A DNA stretch of 64,000 nt, taken from positions 148,242,001 to 148,306,000 of the forward strand of contig OX597814.1 in the NCBI GenBank assembly GCA_951406725.2. The letters are read 5' to 3'. Below are positions 12,187 through 25,132 of the stretch, piece by piece. The translations under genes were made by a program, and so were the position numbers. The first letter of the stretch is position 1, and each line of letters starts with the position of its first letter. Under the pieces are notes generated by a model. That model had not been told where the DNA came from, ran no database searches, and saw only the letters and a program-made list of their open reading frames with translations. The DNA is from Octopus vulgaris. Taxonomy: Eukaryota.

Positions 12187-13911
12187 GCAGTTAACATCAT
12201 ATTATTAGCAGTCATATTATTAGCAGTTAACTCGACATGACAAGTCTGCAAAGTATTTCTCTTGATCGGCTTAAGCCGATTCCCTTCGACTGCATATTTA
12301 ATGTTGAGAAATTCTTGTACGCGCCATAATCCCGTTTGGTTCCTTCTTTGTTGGCATTATTTCAACGTATGAAATCATGATTATTTGAGGCAAATCCAGA
12401 ACAGTTATTCTGATCGTTTGCATAACAGTTCCTGGAACAAACAAAAACCACATAGATTAAAGGATATTATACATTATACATGAAACTTGCAAAAAGAGAT
12501 TTTTTGATAGCCAAGCTAACGTACTGATATTTGGCTAAGTCACCTATCTTCGCTGAAAGACTGAATATCAATATTAGGGAAAGAAATGCTCCTTCCTTCG
12601 CTTTTTGCCTCAATGTCTACACTAAAACCATTAGATAAACTACCAATAATACTATTAAAAAATGATGTAGCTGTCACGCAGATAATCCTTCCTAACATCA
12701 CGAGCACCAAAACCACCACCACCACCACAACTATGATCTCTAAGGCGATCTATCGTCGCAATTACAATCAATACCAGGCTATTCCAACAAGAGCGGAGAT
12801 TTGAAGAAATCGTGCTAACACGGATCATTTTACAGATGAAATACTGGGTGTAAAATTTCTTTGGTGTTTGCTATTGTTCTTCAATAATTATCTCCCAGAT
12901 ATAATTATTGTCTGTAGCCTACCGTTCTAATTACTGGAGTGTAAAGATTAGCACATCCTATTATCTATTTACAATCCACAAGGCAAAACAATAAAACTGC
13001 TGAAAATAATACGCAGCAGCGATACGAATGACAATATAACATAAAAAGAAACAAAACAGAAAACAAACACTGTATTTTCTAATAACACAATGAAGCATTG
13101 CTTAAAACTAAACACTGCCAAATGAATTTTGAGATGTTACAAATGATCTTCCGTCTCGTTTTTTCTTTCACTGTCGTTCTTTCACGCATTAAATTTTCTC
13201 TCTGTTTTTCAGATTTTATGTTTCGACCATTTTTTTTTTATAGTCTTACGGCAATACAAGATATTGCAATGCTAGCAATCCAGGAGATTAATGGAAATTT
13301 CCAATGTTCATTCTAATTTTTTTTTATTTTCTTAATTTACTGAAATTTTATCATCAATTACTCTCATCGATCAGTAATTTGTGGGCTTTGGTGTCAAATA
13401 CAAATTACCAGAGAGGTCATAGACTTGATAAGGTCAGCGAGTTTAAAGTAGGTTATGTAAGTTTTGTAAAGCGAGTAAAGAAATTTAAGAACAAAATACA
13501 GATTTTCTTTTTCTCGGATTCTAATCTGACCGAAATTAAAATTTCCCACAAGAAGAAGAAATTAAGAGAACGGCGTGAGAAGAGAAATTGGAAGCTGTCA
13601 ATATTATATGAACATTGTTTTCTGCATTGTGTAACAAACTGTGACCCTTGTTTCCCAATGGAAACAATTATGAATAGATTACGTAATGTGCTGTCATATT
13701 TTTTGTCTAAAGATGCATTTTGTTTTTCTTCACTTAGAGGAAACTCTGTGAAAAGCTTCCTACTTAAGAAAATGTGTAAATTTTAGAAATTTGCATGGGT
13801 GTTAACTAGGCAGAGATATACATGTGTGGGTGTGCTTCTTTCTGTGTTTGTGCATATGTGTGTATGTGTATGAATGTATGTGTGTGTATGTGTGTGTGTG
13901 TGTATACATAC

Positions 13912-14105
13912 GCACAACTGAAAAGTTTTGGGCTTCAATGATATCGCTGAAGGCCTGGTTGAAAGCCTAACCTCCGGAGTTGTTTTACAGGGCTTAGAAA
14001 AACTGAAGGATCACTGCAATAAGTGTATGTATCTTAGAGCGGAATAAGTTGAATGAAATTATAACTAATCTATCCCCCTGTATTTTATTTATCCCACGTC
14101 AGGTG
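13912..14105 (+). mobile_element. Short mariner-derived element (transposase C-terminus remnant)
   Basis: ctgaaaagttttgggct is TIR-like. Residual coding AEGLVESLT..GLEKLKDHCNKCMYLRAE*VE* resembles mariner 'GI.KL..RW.KCI...G.YVE'. Confidence 0.6.
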
Positions 14106-14552
14106 CAATACAGTATTCCTCATGCTGGTATTGTTATGTAAGGTAGTCATATATAAAGGAGAAAACAAACTGTATATACAGGTCGATGTAACAACATTAA
14201 GTGGCACAGCTGAATTGGAAAAACATAAAGAAGATTAATATAAGAAATCCTTGTAGTTCTTCTATTGATAGTCGATGTGATTGTGTTGTTTATTCTTATT
14301 GTTGTGTCTTAAACCTTTGCTAGCTCTAATCGAACATGCCTTTAATGAAAATCGTTCCAACCGTATTTATCTCAACTTCTGTTGTTGAATATTGTATAAT
14401 GTCTCTATGTTTGTTTCCAATGATTTAAAATTTCTTAAAGTTATTTGAGGAAGATTTTTCTTTCATTATCACAATCACTCTTCAAGAATTTATGTTTGCT
14501 TTATGTGTGTCTCCACAAAAATTCCTTTATTTTATCAAATAAATAAAGGTTC

Positions 14553-14553
<1 letters not shown>

Positions 14554-14613
<60 letters not shown>

Positions 14614-14674
14614 GTTGTTGTTGTTGTTGTTGTTGCTGTTGTTGCTGCTGTTGTTATTATAATCATTATTATCA

Positions 14675-14747
<73 letters not shown>

Positions 14748-14775
14748 CATCATCATCATCATTATTATTATTATT
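14554..14775. repeat. (TTA)n/(TTG)n/(TCA)n compound microsatellite
   Basis: Directly visible. Confidence 0.95.
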
Positions 14776-15289
14776 GTGTGAGAGAGCAGTGCATGTCATC
14801 AAAGTGACACTGGGGTAAAATATACGAAGCCCAGTATACCCATTTTGAGTACCCGTCTGATAAGTTTAAACTAGGAACATGCATCACAGCCATATGTGCA
14901 CGACATCGTGATCTCATATCAATATAAATAGCACATGACCTTGTAGTTGGGGCCCAGTTAGAATTTACTTCTGGTCAAACAACACATCCCTCTCAAAAGG
15001 CCCCTGAATAAGAGTTGTTTAAGGATGTTGAACGAAACACCTATGTTTCCAGAGGTGAATTATTCAAACCCCAAAGAATCCCTCTCAACACATGGCTATG
15101 ATGCTCCCCTACTACCTCTACTTGTGATCAGAGATGTACATATCGTCAGCCACTAAGGAATATGCGCAACTGGTTAAGGTCAAACAAATGACAAGCAAAT
15201 CTGTGGTACTGAGCAGACAATGTACATAACACTTCCAATCAGTTAAGATCAGAAGCCACGAGAGCCACGACCTGGTACTGCATCCGGAC

Positions 15290-15291
<2 letters not shown>
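14776..15291. mobile_element. Non-coding ~515-bp element inserted in (TAA)n; putative non-autonomous retroelement
   Basis: Complex sequence bounded sharply on both sides by (TTA)n. No ORF, no TIRs, no clear A/B boxes. Confidence 0.55.
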
Positions 15292-15346
<55 letters not shown>

Positions 15347-15398
15347 GATTATGATTATTATTAATATTATGATTATTATTATTATAATTATTATTATT

Positions 15399-17584
15399 CA
15401 GTAGTTTTATTTTTATAGCGTGCTTTCACTTCACTACCGAGCACAGCTCTGTGTGCCTTGGGTATGTGCTGTGATTTGTTGTGATGCTCTGATCGTTATT
15501 GTATGGAAAGTGTTCTGCGTAGGATGTGTGCAGTGCCTAGTAGTGCAATTTTCTGTATGTTATATGTGTTTGTAAGTCCTGGTGTTTTTGTTATGTATTT
15601 GTCTGAATATTTTTTTATCATGCCTAATGCACCTACTATGATAGGAATTTTTCTGTTTTCAGATTCCACATTCTAGTTACCTCTATTTCCAGGTCTTTGT
15701 ATTTTGAGAGTTTCTCCATTTCTTTTAGAGACACGTTGTCATCAGCCGGTATTGATACATCAATTAGAAAGCATTTTTTTTTCTTCATGATCTCTGACAA
15801 CTATATCTGGTCTGTTGGCCTTAATTTCTCTATCTCTGTGTATCGGCATATCCCAGAGTATGGTTGCTTTCTCGTTTTCTGTGACCTTTTCTGGTGTGTG
15901 CCTATACCATCTTTTTTTCTGTTGTTATTCCATAATGTTGGCATAGCTTCCAATGTATGTAGGTTCCAACTCTGTCATGTCTGTGAATATATTCCTTCTT
16001 AGCCAGGACTGGGCAGCTAGAGATAATATGATTTATTGTTTCTTGTCCATCTCCACATATTCTGCAGTTACTTGTAATATTTCTTTTCATTACATGTTTT
16101 TGGTAATTTCTGGTGGGGAGGCTTTGGTCTTGTGCTGCAATTAAAAATCCCTCTGTTTCTGCTTTGAGTCCTGAGCTTCTCAACCATTGCTGGGATTTTT
16201 CTTTGTCTATTTCTTTTGCGTTTAGTTTAGTGCAGTATTTACCATGAAGGGGCTCTTCTTGTCATCGTTTTATCATGGTTCGTTGCTGTTCTATTTTTAG
16301 TTTGGATTTCATTTGTTTTATAGCTTTTGTTGTTTCTTCATCTTCTTCTTCTTCTTCATGTTTATTAGGTGGTATGATTTCTTGTTTGTATTTGTCAGCT
16401 TCCTTAAATACTGAGAACAGTTGTTTGTTTTGCTCGTGTTTTGCCGCTATCTGGATCAGTTTTCCTTCCTTCTGAAGTAGATATATTTGCAGTCCTATGG
16501 TGGTTATTTTATAGTAGTTTTCCAGCTGTATAAGGCCTCTACCACCTTCTATACGTTGTATATATAGTCTTTCTATGTCAGATTTTGGGTGATGCATCCT
16601 AGATCCTGTCATTATTTTTCTTGTTTTCCTATCTATTTTGGTCAGTTCATTTCGTGTCCAGTTAAGGATATTGTAGCTGTAACTTATAACTGGGACAGCT
16701 AAAGTGTTGATACATATTATCTTGTTTTTAGCATTGAGCTCTGTGTTTAGTATTGATCTAACTCGTCTATAATATTCTTTTTTTATTTTCTCTTTCATTT
16801 GTGTGTGTTGTGTCTTATCTAGTTCATGGATTCCTAAGTATTTGTAAGTTTGGCTTTGGTCTAATTCTTTTATTTCATTGGTTTTATCTAGTGTGATGTT
16901 GTTACTCTTAACTAGTTTTCCTCTTTCAGGGTTACTTTGGCGCATTTTTCTAATCCAAATTTCATATCTATTTCTTTGGTAAATCCATGAACTGTCTTTA
17001 ATAGTGTTTCCAGCTGTTTGTCAGTTGCAGCGTATAGTTTTAGGTCATCCATATATAAAAGGTGGCTGATCGTCTTGCCGTAACATTTATATCCGCATCC
17101 AGTTCTATTTAGCATATCAGATAGAGGTGACAATGACAAGCAAAAAAGGAGTGGAGAGAGCGGGTCTCCCTGGAATATTCCTCTTCTAATGGGGATGTCT
17201 TTGGTTTTCATGAGTCCCTCTTTTGTTTGGAGGTGTAGGACTGTTTGCCATTTATTCATAGAGTGCTCTATGAATTTTATGATTGTTGGTGCTACTTTGT
17301 TAATGGCTAGGGTTTCGAGGATCCATGTGTGGGGGATGCTATCAAACGCCTTTTTGTAGTCAATCCAGGCCATACTGAGGCCTTTCTTCTTTCTGTGGCT
17401 GTCTTCAGTTATGGCTTTATTAATCATTAGTTGATCTTTATAGCCATATGAGCCTTTGCGGCATCCTTTCTGCTCTTCTGGGAACAGTTTGTTTTCGTCC
17501 AGGTGCTTGTTCAGCCTTTGTGATATCACTGCAGTAAATGCCTTGAACATAGTAGGGAGGCAGGTTATTGGTCTGTAGTTTTCG
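15399..17584 (-). mobile_element. R4/Dong-type RLE LINE, 5'-truncated, frameshifted (copy 3; RT + CCHC + RLE)
   Basis: ENYRPITCL, EQKGCRKG, WIDYKKAFDSIPH, RGIFQGDPLSPLLF, HLLYMDDLKLY, GMKFGLEKC-like, [42 protein letters not shown], ending ILRRTLSIQ* at 15496. Flanked by (TAA)n. Confidence 0.95.
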
Positions 17585-17714
17585 GCAGGTTATTGGTCTG
17601 TAGTTTTCGGCAGGTTATTGGTCTGTAGTTTTCGGCAGGTTATTGGTCTGTAGTTTTCGGCAGGTTATTGGTCTGTAGTTTTCTGACAGGTTATTGGTCT
17701 GTAGTTTTCGGCAG

Positions 17715-17720
<6 letters not shown>
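17560..17720. repeat. Tandem array of 25-bp unit gcaggttattggtctgtagttttcg, 6 copies plus a partial
   Basis: Units start at 17560, 17585, 17610, 17635, 17660, 17686, with a partial at 17711 merging into (TTA)n. Confidence 0.95.
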
Positions 17721-17773
<53 letters not shown>

Positions 17774-19177
17774 CATCATCATCACCACCACCATTATTAT
17801 TATTATTATTTGTTATTTAGTCATTATTGTTGATACAAAAAGATACTTCAATCGGAAAATAAAACTCGCATATACGATTCTGTAGAATTTTACCACCTTA
17901 TCTGTTCTGAGATCTAGCTCGTATTTATCGCCGCTCGCCTACATTTTCCATTCAATTAGTAGATATTGATCGTCATAAAAATGAATAACCAGAAGGATCG
18001 TTATACACGTTTGGCAACATATTCAGCAGAGGCGAAATTAAATATTGTAACATATTGAAAAAGTTATTGATTATTAAACCAAAAGTAGAGACAAGGGCAT
18101 TAAATATCAATTATGTAGTGTCGGGACCAATTTACCTTAGCTCCCACGCTAGTATAGTAATAAAATGACATGCGATATGCGTTGGAAATGTATGCACAAC
18201 ATTTAGTCGACGGTCTTCATTATTTCTTAAACGATTAAGAATAAAACACACGCGCGAACACCCCCACGCGCCCACCTCCGCGCACACGCCCACACACACG
18301 CGCACGCACACATGCACACTTACGTACATGTGTTTCTGTATGTGCGCTTGTAGAATATAAAATCTAAGAAGGTAAAAACGAAGACTGATACAGAAAGGTG
18401 TTTCTGTGAGATGTATTAAGTCAGGGAGAGAGAAGGAGGTGAATACCTGAGAGAAATAGGTTGGAAGTAATACTGAAAGTAAAAAGAACCGACGTACACT
18501 AGAATATTTTGTTTAAATTCCGCTACTAATTGAAACCACATTTTCTGATTTATGATAACACTATTTCGAATTTTTTTGCTGAAATTCAAAGCAGAACTCT
18601 AAAGCCCTTGAGAAAGAAGACGATGTTTATGGCAATTTAAATAAGGCTGAAAAAGATTGATGTTATTAAGTCAATTTACCAACTTCATGCTTGAGGAACA
18701 TTCTAAAGTTCGGAAAGTTAAGAAGTCAGCAAGATATATATAAGAGTAAAAACTATTTTATCATTTTCCTCTAAACACACATATTTCCGGAACGTAGTAA
18801 TTTAACCAGACCGTATCGATATAAGTTTTGAGGAGGCATTAATTTATATCGTATGGACTATTATCAAAACTCATGTGTAGATTTGATTATTAAGACGCTG
18901 AAATGTTAAAATACATAGCGAAATCACTTCATGTACTTAAATGCGTGCCGTGTCTGTAGTTCTATATATATACGTATGTTTACATACAGACAATGATGCA
19001 TGCATGTATAACATAAATATACAGAGTAATCGGAAGTCAAACTCACATCTAATATATATATATATGTATGTATATACCTACACACGCATACACACACATA
19101 TATATATATATGTATATATTTATATATATATATATATATACGTATATATATATGTATTTATGTATTACACCCCCACC

Positions 19178-19208
<31 letters not shown>

Positions 19209-20799
19209 TCACAAGCCACTCAGACCACTTAAGTTAATATATATCATAATCAAAACCCGTCAGAGAATACTTATATACATCATAGCAACTACATTTGGGA
19301 ATCTTTTCTTGCAGAAAATCAAAATCTGTTTAAAAACATGAATTGTAGATATAGAATAAAATGATAAAATATATAATGGTTTCAAATTTTGACGCAAGAT
19401 CAGCAATTTCGGGGAAGTAATTTGATCACATCGACCCCAGTGCTTAACTGGTAATTATTTTATGTACCTCGAAAGGCAAAGCCTTGCTCAGCAGTATTTG
19501 AACACAGAGATTGTAGAGGGGCGAAATATAAAATATATTAATTTGTGTTTATTAATGAACGTAAGGCGTAACATCGTATGTGTTGTTACATTATGACCCA
19601 CAAGAATTTGTTTAAATTATGTTTTAAAATAAAACGCTGCGAAATTAAATATTCTCTAATTGAAAACTTCAATCGGTAAATACTCAATACAATCAATTCT
19701 ATTTGACTAATCGATTTTGAAATGTTAATTTCTACGAAGTTAATTCCTCCAGTGTCTTTCAGCTTCATTAAAACAACACAACACGAAACGAAACAAAACA
19801 AAATAATGTTTATAAATAGTGAATGAGTTGTTTAGCCATTGGTCATTTCTGATTGAACATATCTATGATGCAATACATTCCAAGCGTGACAATTTCCAAT
19901 TTTGTCAGTCCACTTTAACTGAAGTGTTCTTTATTTAAGATTGTTGATATGATTTGTGAGAGATGTATGGCTGTTATTTTTGGTAGATCGAATGCATACA
20001 GACGTATTTCTACCTCGTTGAGTTGACAGTAAAAGTATGAAAAGCAAAAAAGTGAAATATAGCACTCCATTCTCTTCCACCTTATGGCTTTCTTTGGGAA
20101 CTATAATGAAAGAAAACTCCCTTGAATTGCACATATACCTGGTTCTAAACGAACGAACAACTGTACTACCAATCTACGTCGCTTAATTATAGCCAAGTCT
20201 ATATTTAATGATTGACTGTATACTTAATATGAATTATGATATAATATAAAAGCTAATATGATTACCTTATAGTAGAAACGTGGTGTGAAGAAAAGAAAAA
20301 CATTGGATTTTTAACAAATGGTATTTTACACTGATTTTTGGCAAGTACAGGTGACAACATTGTACAATTCTGTCCTTCTTAATTAGGTCTCCTCCCCAGA
20401 GCAGAAGCTTTGCCGTACTTGCCAAATGATATTAAAATTATACCGGAGTGCTAAAACGTACATGACTAGACATTAAAAATTAACTGAGGCGCCATCTTCA
20501 CAAAAACAGTCAAGCTATTGACATTATGATTAATATAGTCCGGAAGCAAAATTATGATTAAAATTAAGTTCTCTACGCTATTGAGAGCTATCAGTGTTAA
20601 TGCCACAACGCGGCATCTACTGTTTTCTAACAATTTACAGAGACAAAGAATGTCCACCACCTGCAACTAAGATAAATTTCGCAAATATTTTAATATCAAA
20701 CTGCGCCGTTAACCATGACAGGATTTCTGTAAATCAAATTTTCATAACAAATATTTTGCTCAGCTGCGATGATAGAAAACAGAACTTGTAGAAGCTACT

Positions 20800-21205
20800 G
20801 TGCAGTGGGGGTGAAAAATACTTGCTTCAGCCAGTCAACTTTTTCTTACCAGAACCCTGGACCCCCAGTCCTGACGCATCGGCTGCCCTGAATGTAATAG
20901 CACGAGCGAATAAAGGTTGTCCGATTCTATTGATACGGCCTGGTTTCCGCAGTTTCCTGTTTCTAGCTACCTCGGCAGGGTAGCCTCTTCCTCCTTTTGC
21001 AGTGGGGTTTCCAACAGTTCTTGGCAAACACGAAAGAAACAAATTGAGGAATACCTGAAGTCGCAGGTATTCCTCGTCCTGTAGCACGTCAAGTTCAGCG
21101 CCATGGATCGAAAAGGTGTGTAATAGCATCATCACAGTCTGTCAACCAGCGACACTTATTACAGTTTGAGAAGACAGCCTCTCTCTCCTGTTCCAGGCTT
21201 GGGAT
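20800..21205 (-). mobile_element. GC-rich segment resembling a LINE (RTE-like) 5' UTR, with a perfect 12-bp hairpin at 21046-21075
   Basis: Abrupt GC-rich island; gaggaatacctg-aagtcg-caggtattcctc. The family assignment is inference only. Confidence 0.35.
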
Positions 21206-21336
21206 TTTTATATTTCGTTAAATTTTACATCACATTACACGGTGAGGTGGTGGGGGTGGAACTACAATTCGCAGAGATTGAAACAAACTTTTACAATGTA
21301 TCACTTAAGATACAATAATCCAATTTCTGTAGATAA

Positions 21337-22266
21337 CACTGGTCAACATTATTTTTGCTGCCAATAAACAAAACGCGTTTTTTTTTAGCTAATTCCAGGA
21401 CGTCGCACCGAAAAACTCAAAGCAGGAGTGATTGATGGTCCTGATATCAGAAAACTCATTAAGGATGATGGATTTGTTAATTCAATTAATGACTTGGAAT
21501 TATGCGCTTGGCCATCCTTTGCTAACGTGGTGAAAAACATCTTAGGCAATCGCTGGGCCGAAAACTACAAGGGGTTAGTGGAAAACCCGTTAAAAAGTCC
21601 ACAGGTCATAGACGCTAATATGGGAATTAAGGTTCATTTTCTTACATAGCCATGTAGATAAATTTCCGGATAATTGTAGCGATATGAGTGATGAGCAAGG
21701 TGAACGATTCCATCAGGATATCAAAACAATGGAAGAGTGCTACCAGGGACGGTGGGACAAACGAATGATGGCTGACTACTGCTGGAGTATCAAAAGGGAC
21801 TTAATTAACATTGAACATTACCGACAATCTAGAAAGAGAAAATTTTTACCATAGTTCTTATGTTCACGAAGATTTTATTTCTGTTGTTAGTTTATTTAAT
21901 GATTTGATGAAAATACTTGTTCGTTTTGGCATATTCACTCGTGTTATTTTTCAAGACTTAGGGTGTGATTGTTATTGCAAAAATAGTATTTCTCAATAAG
22001 CAGACCAATATTTGTTGGCCTAAATACGAATTGAGAGGTTTCTACGATTTTACTTTGAAGAATATTGTCATCGACCAATATCAAATATACAGAAAACAAA
22101 TGAAAAAAAAAATTTTGTCCAAAAGTGAGGCATTTCTGTGCAGCAAAATCGGTAGCTAACCAAGAAAAATAAGGTCATTTCCAGATTCAGCGCCCTCAAA
22201 TTAGCTAAAACAATTTTCGGTGTCTCGACACCATTTCAAACATTTTTTTTTTTTTGTTGATCAGTT
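21337..22266 (+). mobile_element. Chapaev3-type (CMC) DNA transposon, internally deleted
   Basis: Transposase C-terminus KLKAGVIDGPDIRKLIKD...KVHFL/HSHVDKFPDNCSDMSDEQGERFHQDIKTMEECYQGRWDKRMMADYCWSIKR. TIRs cactggtcaaca / tgttgatcagtt; TAA on both flanks. Confidence 0.8.
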
Positions 22267-23952
22267 TAACCTATTTCAGTTAGGCGTCGTGACGATCCAA
22301 AATTTATTGTATTAGATTCCATGAAAAAAAATGCACTCACTAAGAAAATGTAGGTAGGCCTCCATCCTCTCTTCCTCGCATCGTTTTCAGAGTTCCTGAC
22401 AAATGTAATGGGCGTTGTCCCATCTTATTTCAATTAGCTATAAAGATTATATATAGTTGCTTTGACACAACTGAGAGAAGTGAAATGTGACTTACCATCA
22501 TTTGATATTCAGTCGCAAATATATTTCGAACAAAAAACAATGGCTTTCTACTAGTACTAGCTGAAGTAATGAATTGCTATATTTTTCTTTAGTATATGAT
22601 ACCGTCTCGAAGCTACAAGTATAATAAACGCATAATGCGTCAAATTATGATGAATGGATTTCAAGTTGTTTTCTTTTTATTTTGGTAGTATTGAAGCTCT
22701 TAATTCATTAGAATTTCATTATTCAACAGAAATTTAAACCGGAAGACAGTAAAATGTTTCTTGAAATACACTGAGACATTTCATACGTGAAGATAATGAC
22801 GTAAAATTGGACAAAATGGATATGTTATGAAAATGGCGGCTCCAACACAGTAAGAACCTTGGCTAATCGATTGTACTTATTTAAATGTAAGTAGGTAAAT
22901 TATTATTTCTAAAGCTATAGTTATATTTATTCTTTGAAAGAACGTTCTTCTTCCAATTATTTAATTATCTGCAACCCTCAGACATATAGCAATCACAAGT
23001 TCATTTGAAAACTATACAAACTCCTTCATCTTTTCTCCATTTTATTATCTTCTATGTGCCTTCAACGACTAATTCAAAAATGTAGTCCCCAGACATACGA
23101 AAAGAAGACATAATATAATTTTTCTTTTCAGAATTCCAACTTTGGAAATTTCTTATTATATAGATTAGAAACCTGTGATAACCACAAGAGGAAGATAATG
23201 TCAATAATCACTTCAAGAAATACGTTCTCAATATCCATTAGTTTAACTCTAATCTTACTCGCAATTTAGCGAAAGGTTTACAGCAAGTGCAATGCTAATA
23301 AGATTGAAACTGTAGAGTGGGGATTCTATTCCCTTGATGACATGATGAACAGTAAAATCATTTACTATTATTGGATGCGAAGATCTCTTAATATCAAATG
23401 ATATTCCCTGTAAGACAAAGTTATTCAAAAGAAATACTCACATTCTGCCCAAAACATTACCATCTGTTTACACCTTTGTTTAACATTATATGAGTTCCTA
23501 GCTTTCTTTCATATGTCCTCCTCTCCCCCCTCTCTCTCTATATCTTTATACTTTTCCCAGTGCCTTCACCTCCAGTGCTCTATTGCGGTATCTTTATGTT
23601 CACCCAACTTAGAAGGCCAGTAACTTCATATCTATAAATAAATGCATATAATCACGAGCACACAGTAGGACATTAATACAAAGAACGGTCAACTATAAAT
23701 AGGTGATAAATGCATTTTCAAAGAGATATAGAAACATACATACACCTATACACACACACACACGCGCACACAAACACACACACTCACACATAAGTAAATA
23801 GATATGTGTAAATGATTATTTACCTGTTTAAGTATTTATATATATAAGCATATGAATATGTATGTATGCATGTATGTATTTCTATACATCTCTCTCTCTG
23901 TACCTTTCTCTACCTGCTCTCACTCTGTGCATATATATATGTATATATATAT

Positions 23953-24146
23953 GTACGCCACGATAGATCGTTAGCCACTACACACATTTTTTCTCTCCTT
24001 GTTTCTCTCTTTTTCCCTGTGTCCCTTTCTGTAGAAGAGCGTAGGCTCGAAACGTAAAAGACCTTTTCATTTACCGAGCGTTATACTAATACATCTGTTT
24101 GTTTTCTACACCACCTGTTTTCGTCTTTTGTTTTTTCGTGAACTCT

Positions 24147-24150
<4 letters not shown>
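23953..24150 (+). mobile_element. Penelope-like terminal (pLTR) fragment with degenerate hammerhead at 24025-24060
   Basis: cttt-CTGTAGA-a-gagc(gtag)gctc-GAAA-cg-TA-aaag; ends in (TA)n. Confidence 0.65.
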
Positions 24151-24190
<40 letters not shown>

Positions 24191-24238
24191 TTTTTCTTTT
24201 TTTCCTTTTCCTTGTTTCAGTCATTTGACTGCAGCCAA

Positions 24239-24371
<133 letters not shown>

Positions 24372-24461
24372 TAAGGAAAAATTTTTTTAAAAATGCAGAA
24401 TGCTCAAATGAAAGAAAATTTTAATAAAATGATAAAATGATAAAATATATAAATATATATT

Positions 24462-24502
24462 TATTCAACCGGTTTTCGTCATTGTATGACTTGTCAAGAA
24501 TA
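24462..24502 (-). ncRNA. Minimal type I hammerhead ribozyme motif (U3-A8 variant, one extra A)
   Basis: tattc-TTGACAA-gtc(atacaat)gac-GAAA(A)-ccgg-TT-gaata. Confidence 0.6.
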
Positions 24503-25132
24503 TTTATGTTTTAAGAAGTTTTTTAAAAATTAGAAAGGGGAAAAAAAGAAAATTGCATTGTTTTTTGTAAAAGAATAATGATAAAAATGTACAAAAATTA
24601 AAAAATAAGTTCTCCGATACATTGTGAGTTCGTTGTGTATCTTGAGTTTTATGGTTGTTTACCAAAAAATTACCTTGAGGTGTTAAGATCCAAAGGGATT
24701 AAGAGCATGTGATGTGTTGTGTTGTTAAATTCAGCATGTTGCAGGACAGGAAGTAGTAGTAATTGTGGTCCTGGTTCTTCAGTTCCTGTGTTGTGAGTAA
24801 GGGAGACAACTCTTTTGAGTTCTTCAATAAAACCCAAATTATAAAACTATCATTTTAGCTTCATTTGCATTATCTTTTTTATATAATTGCTTGTTAACTT
24901 AACTTTCAGATTTTAACACTTTATTTATATTATTTTCTAATAATATAAAACTGCATAGACAATTGCATTTCAAATTGTCATATCATTTATAATAAAAATG
25001 ATAGTAATAACAACAATAGTGAAAATGATATTTAAAGAATATAAGTTTTAGCTTGAAGTGATGAATGCATGGTATCTTTATATATTTGTGTTAGTCCATC
25101 CATGAAGAGTGAGGTAGAGAAAGGAAGTTTGA

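Noticed and set aside
12544-12800. Signal-peptide-like first exon (VVVVVLVLVMLGRIICV..)
   Set aside because: The hydrophobic run comes from a (GGT)n repeat and there is no upstream in-frame ATG. Kept only as a weak exon candidate.
13304-13786. 160-aa ORF
   Set aside because: AT-rich, F/K/L/I-biased, no motif; consistent with a chance ORF.
15266-15285. Resemblance to the U2 snRNA 3' region (gacctggtactgca)
   Set aside because: Only ~14 nt; no U2 5' end, branch-point pairing region or Sm site nearby.
17560-17720. CRISPR-like array of 25-bp repeats
   Set aside because: The repeats are contiguous with no spacers, derive from LINE RT coding sequence, and there are no cas genes.
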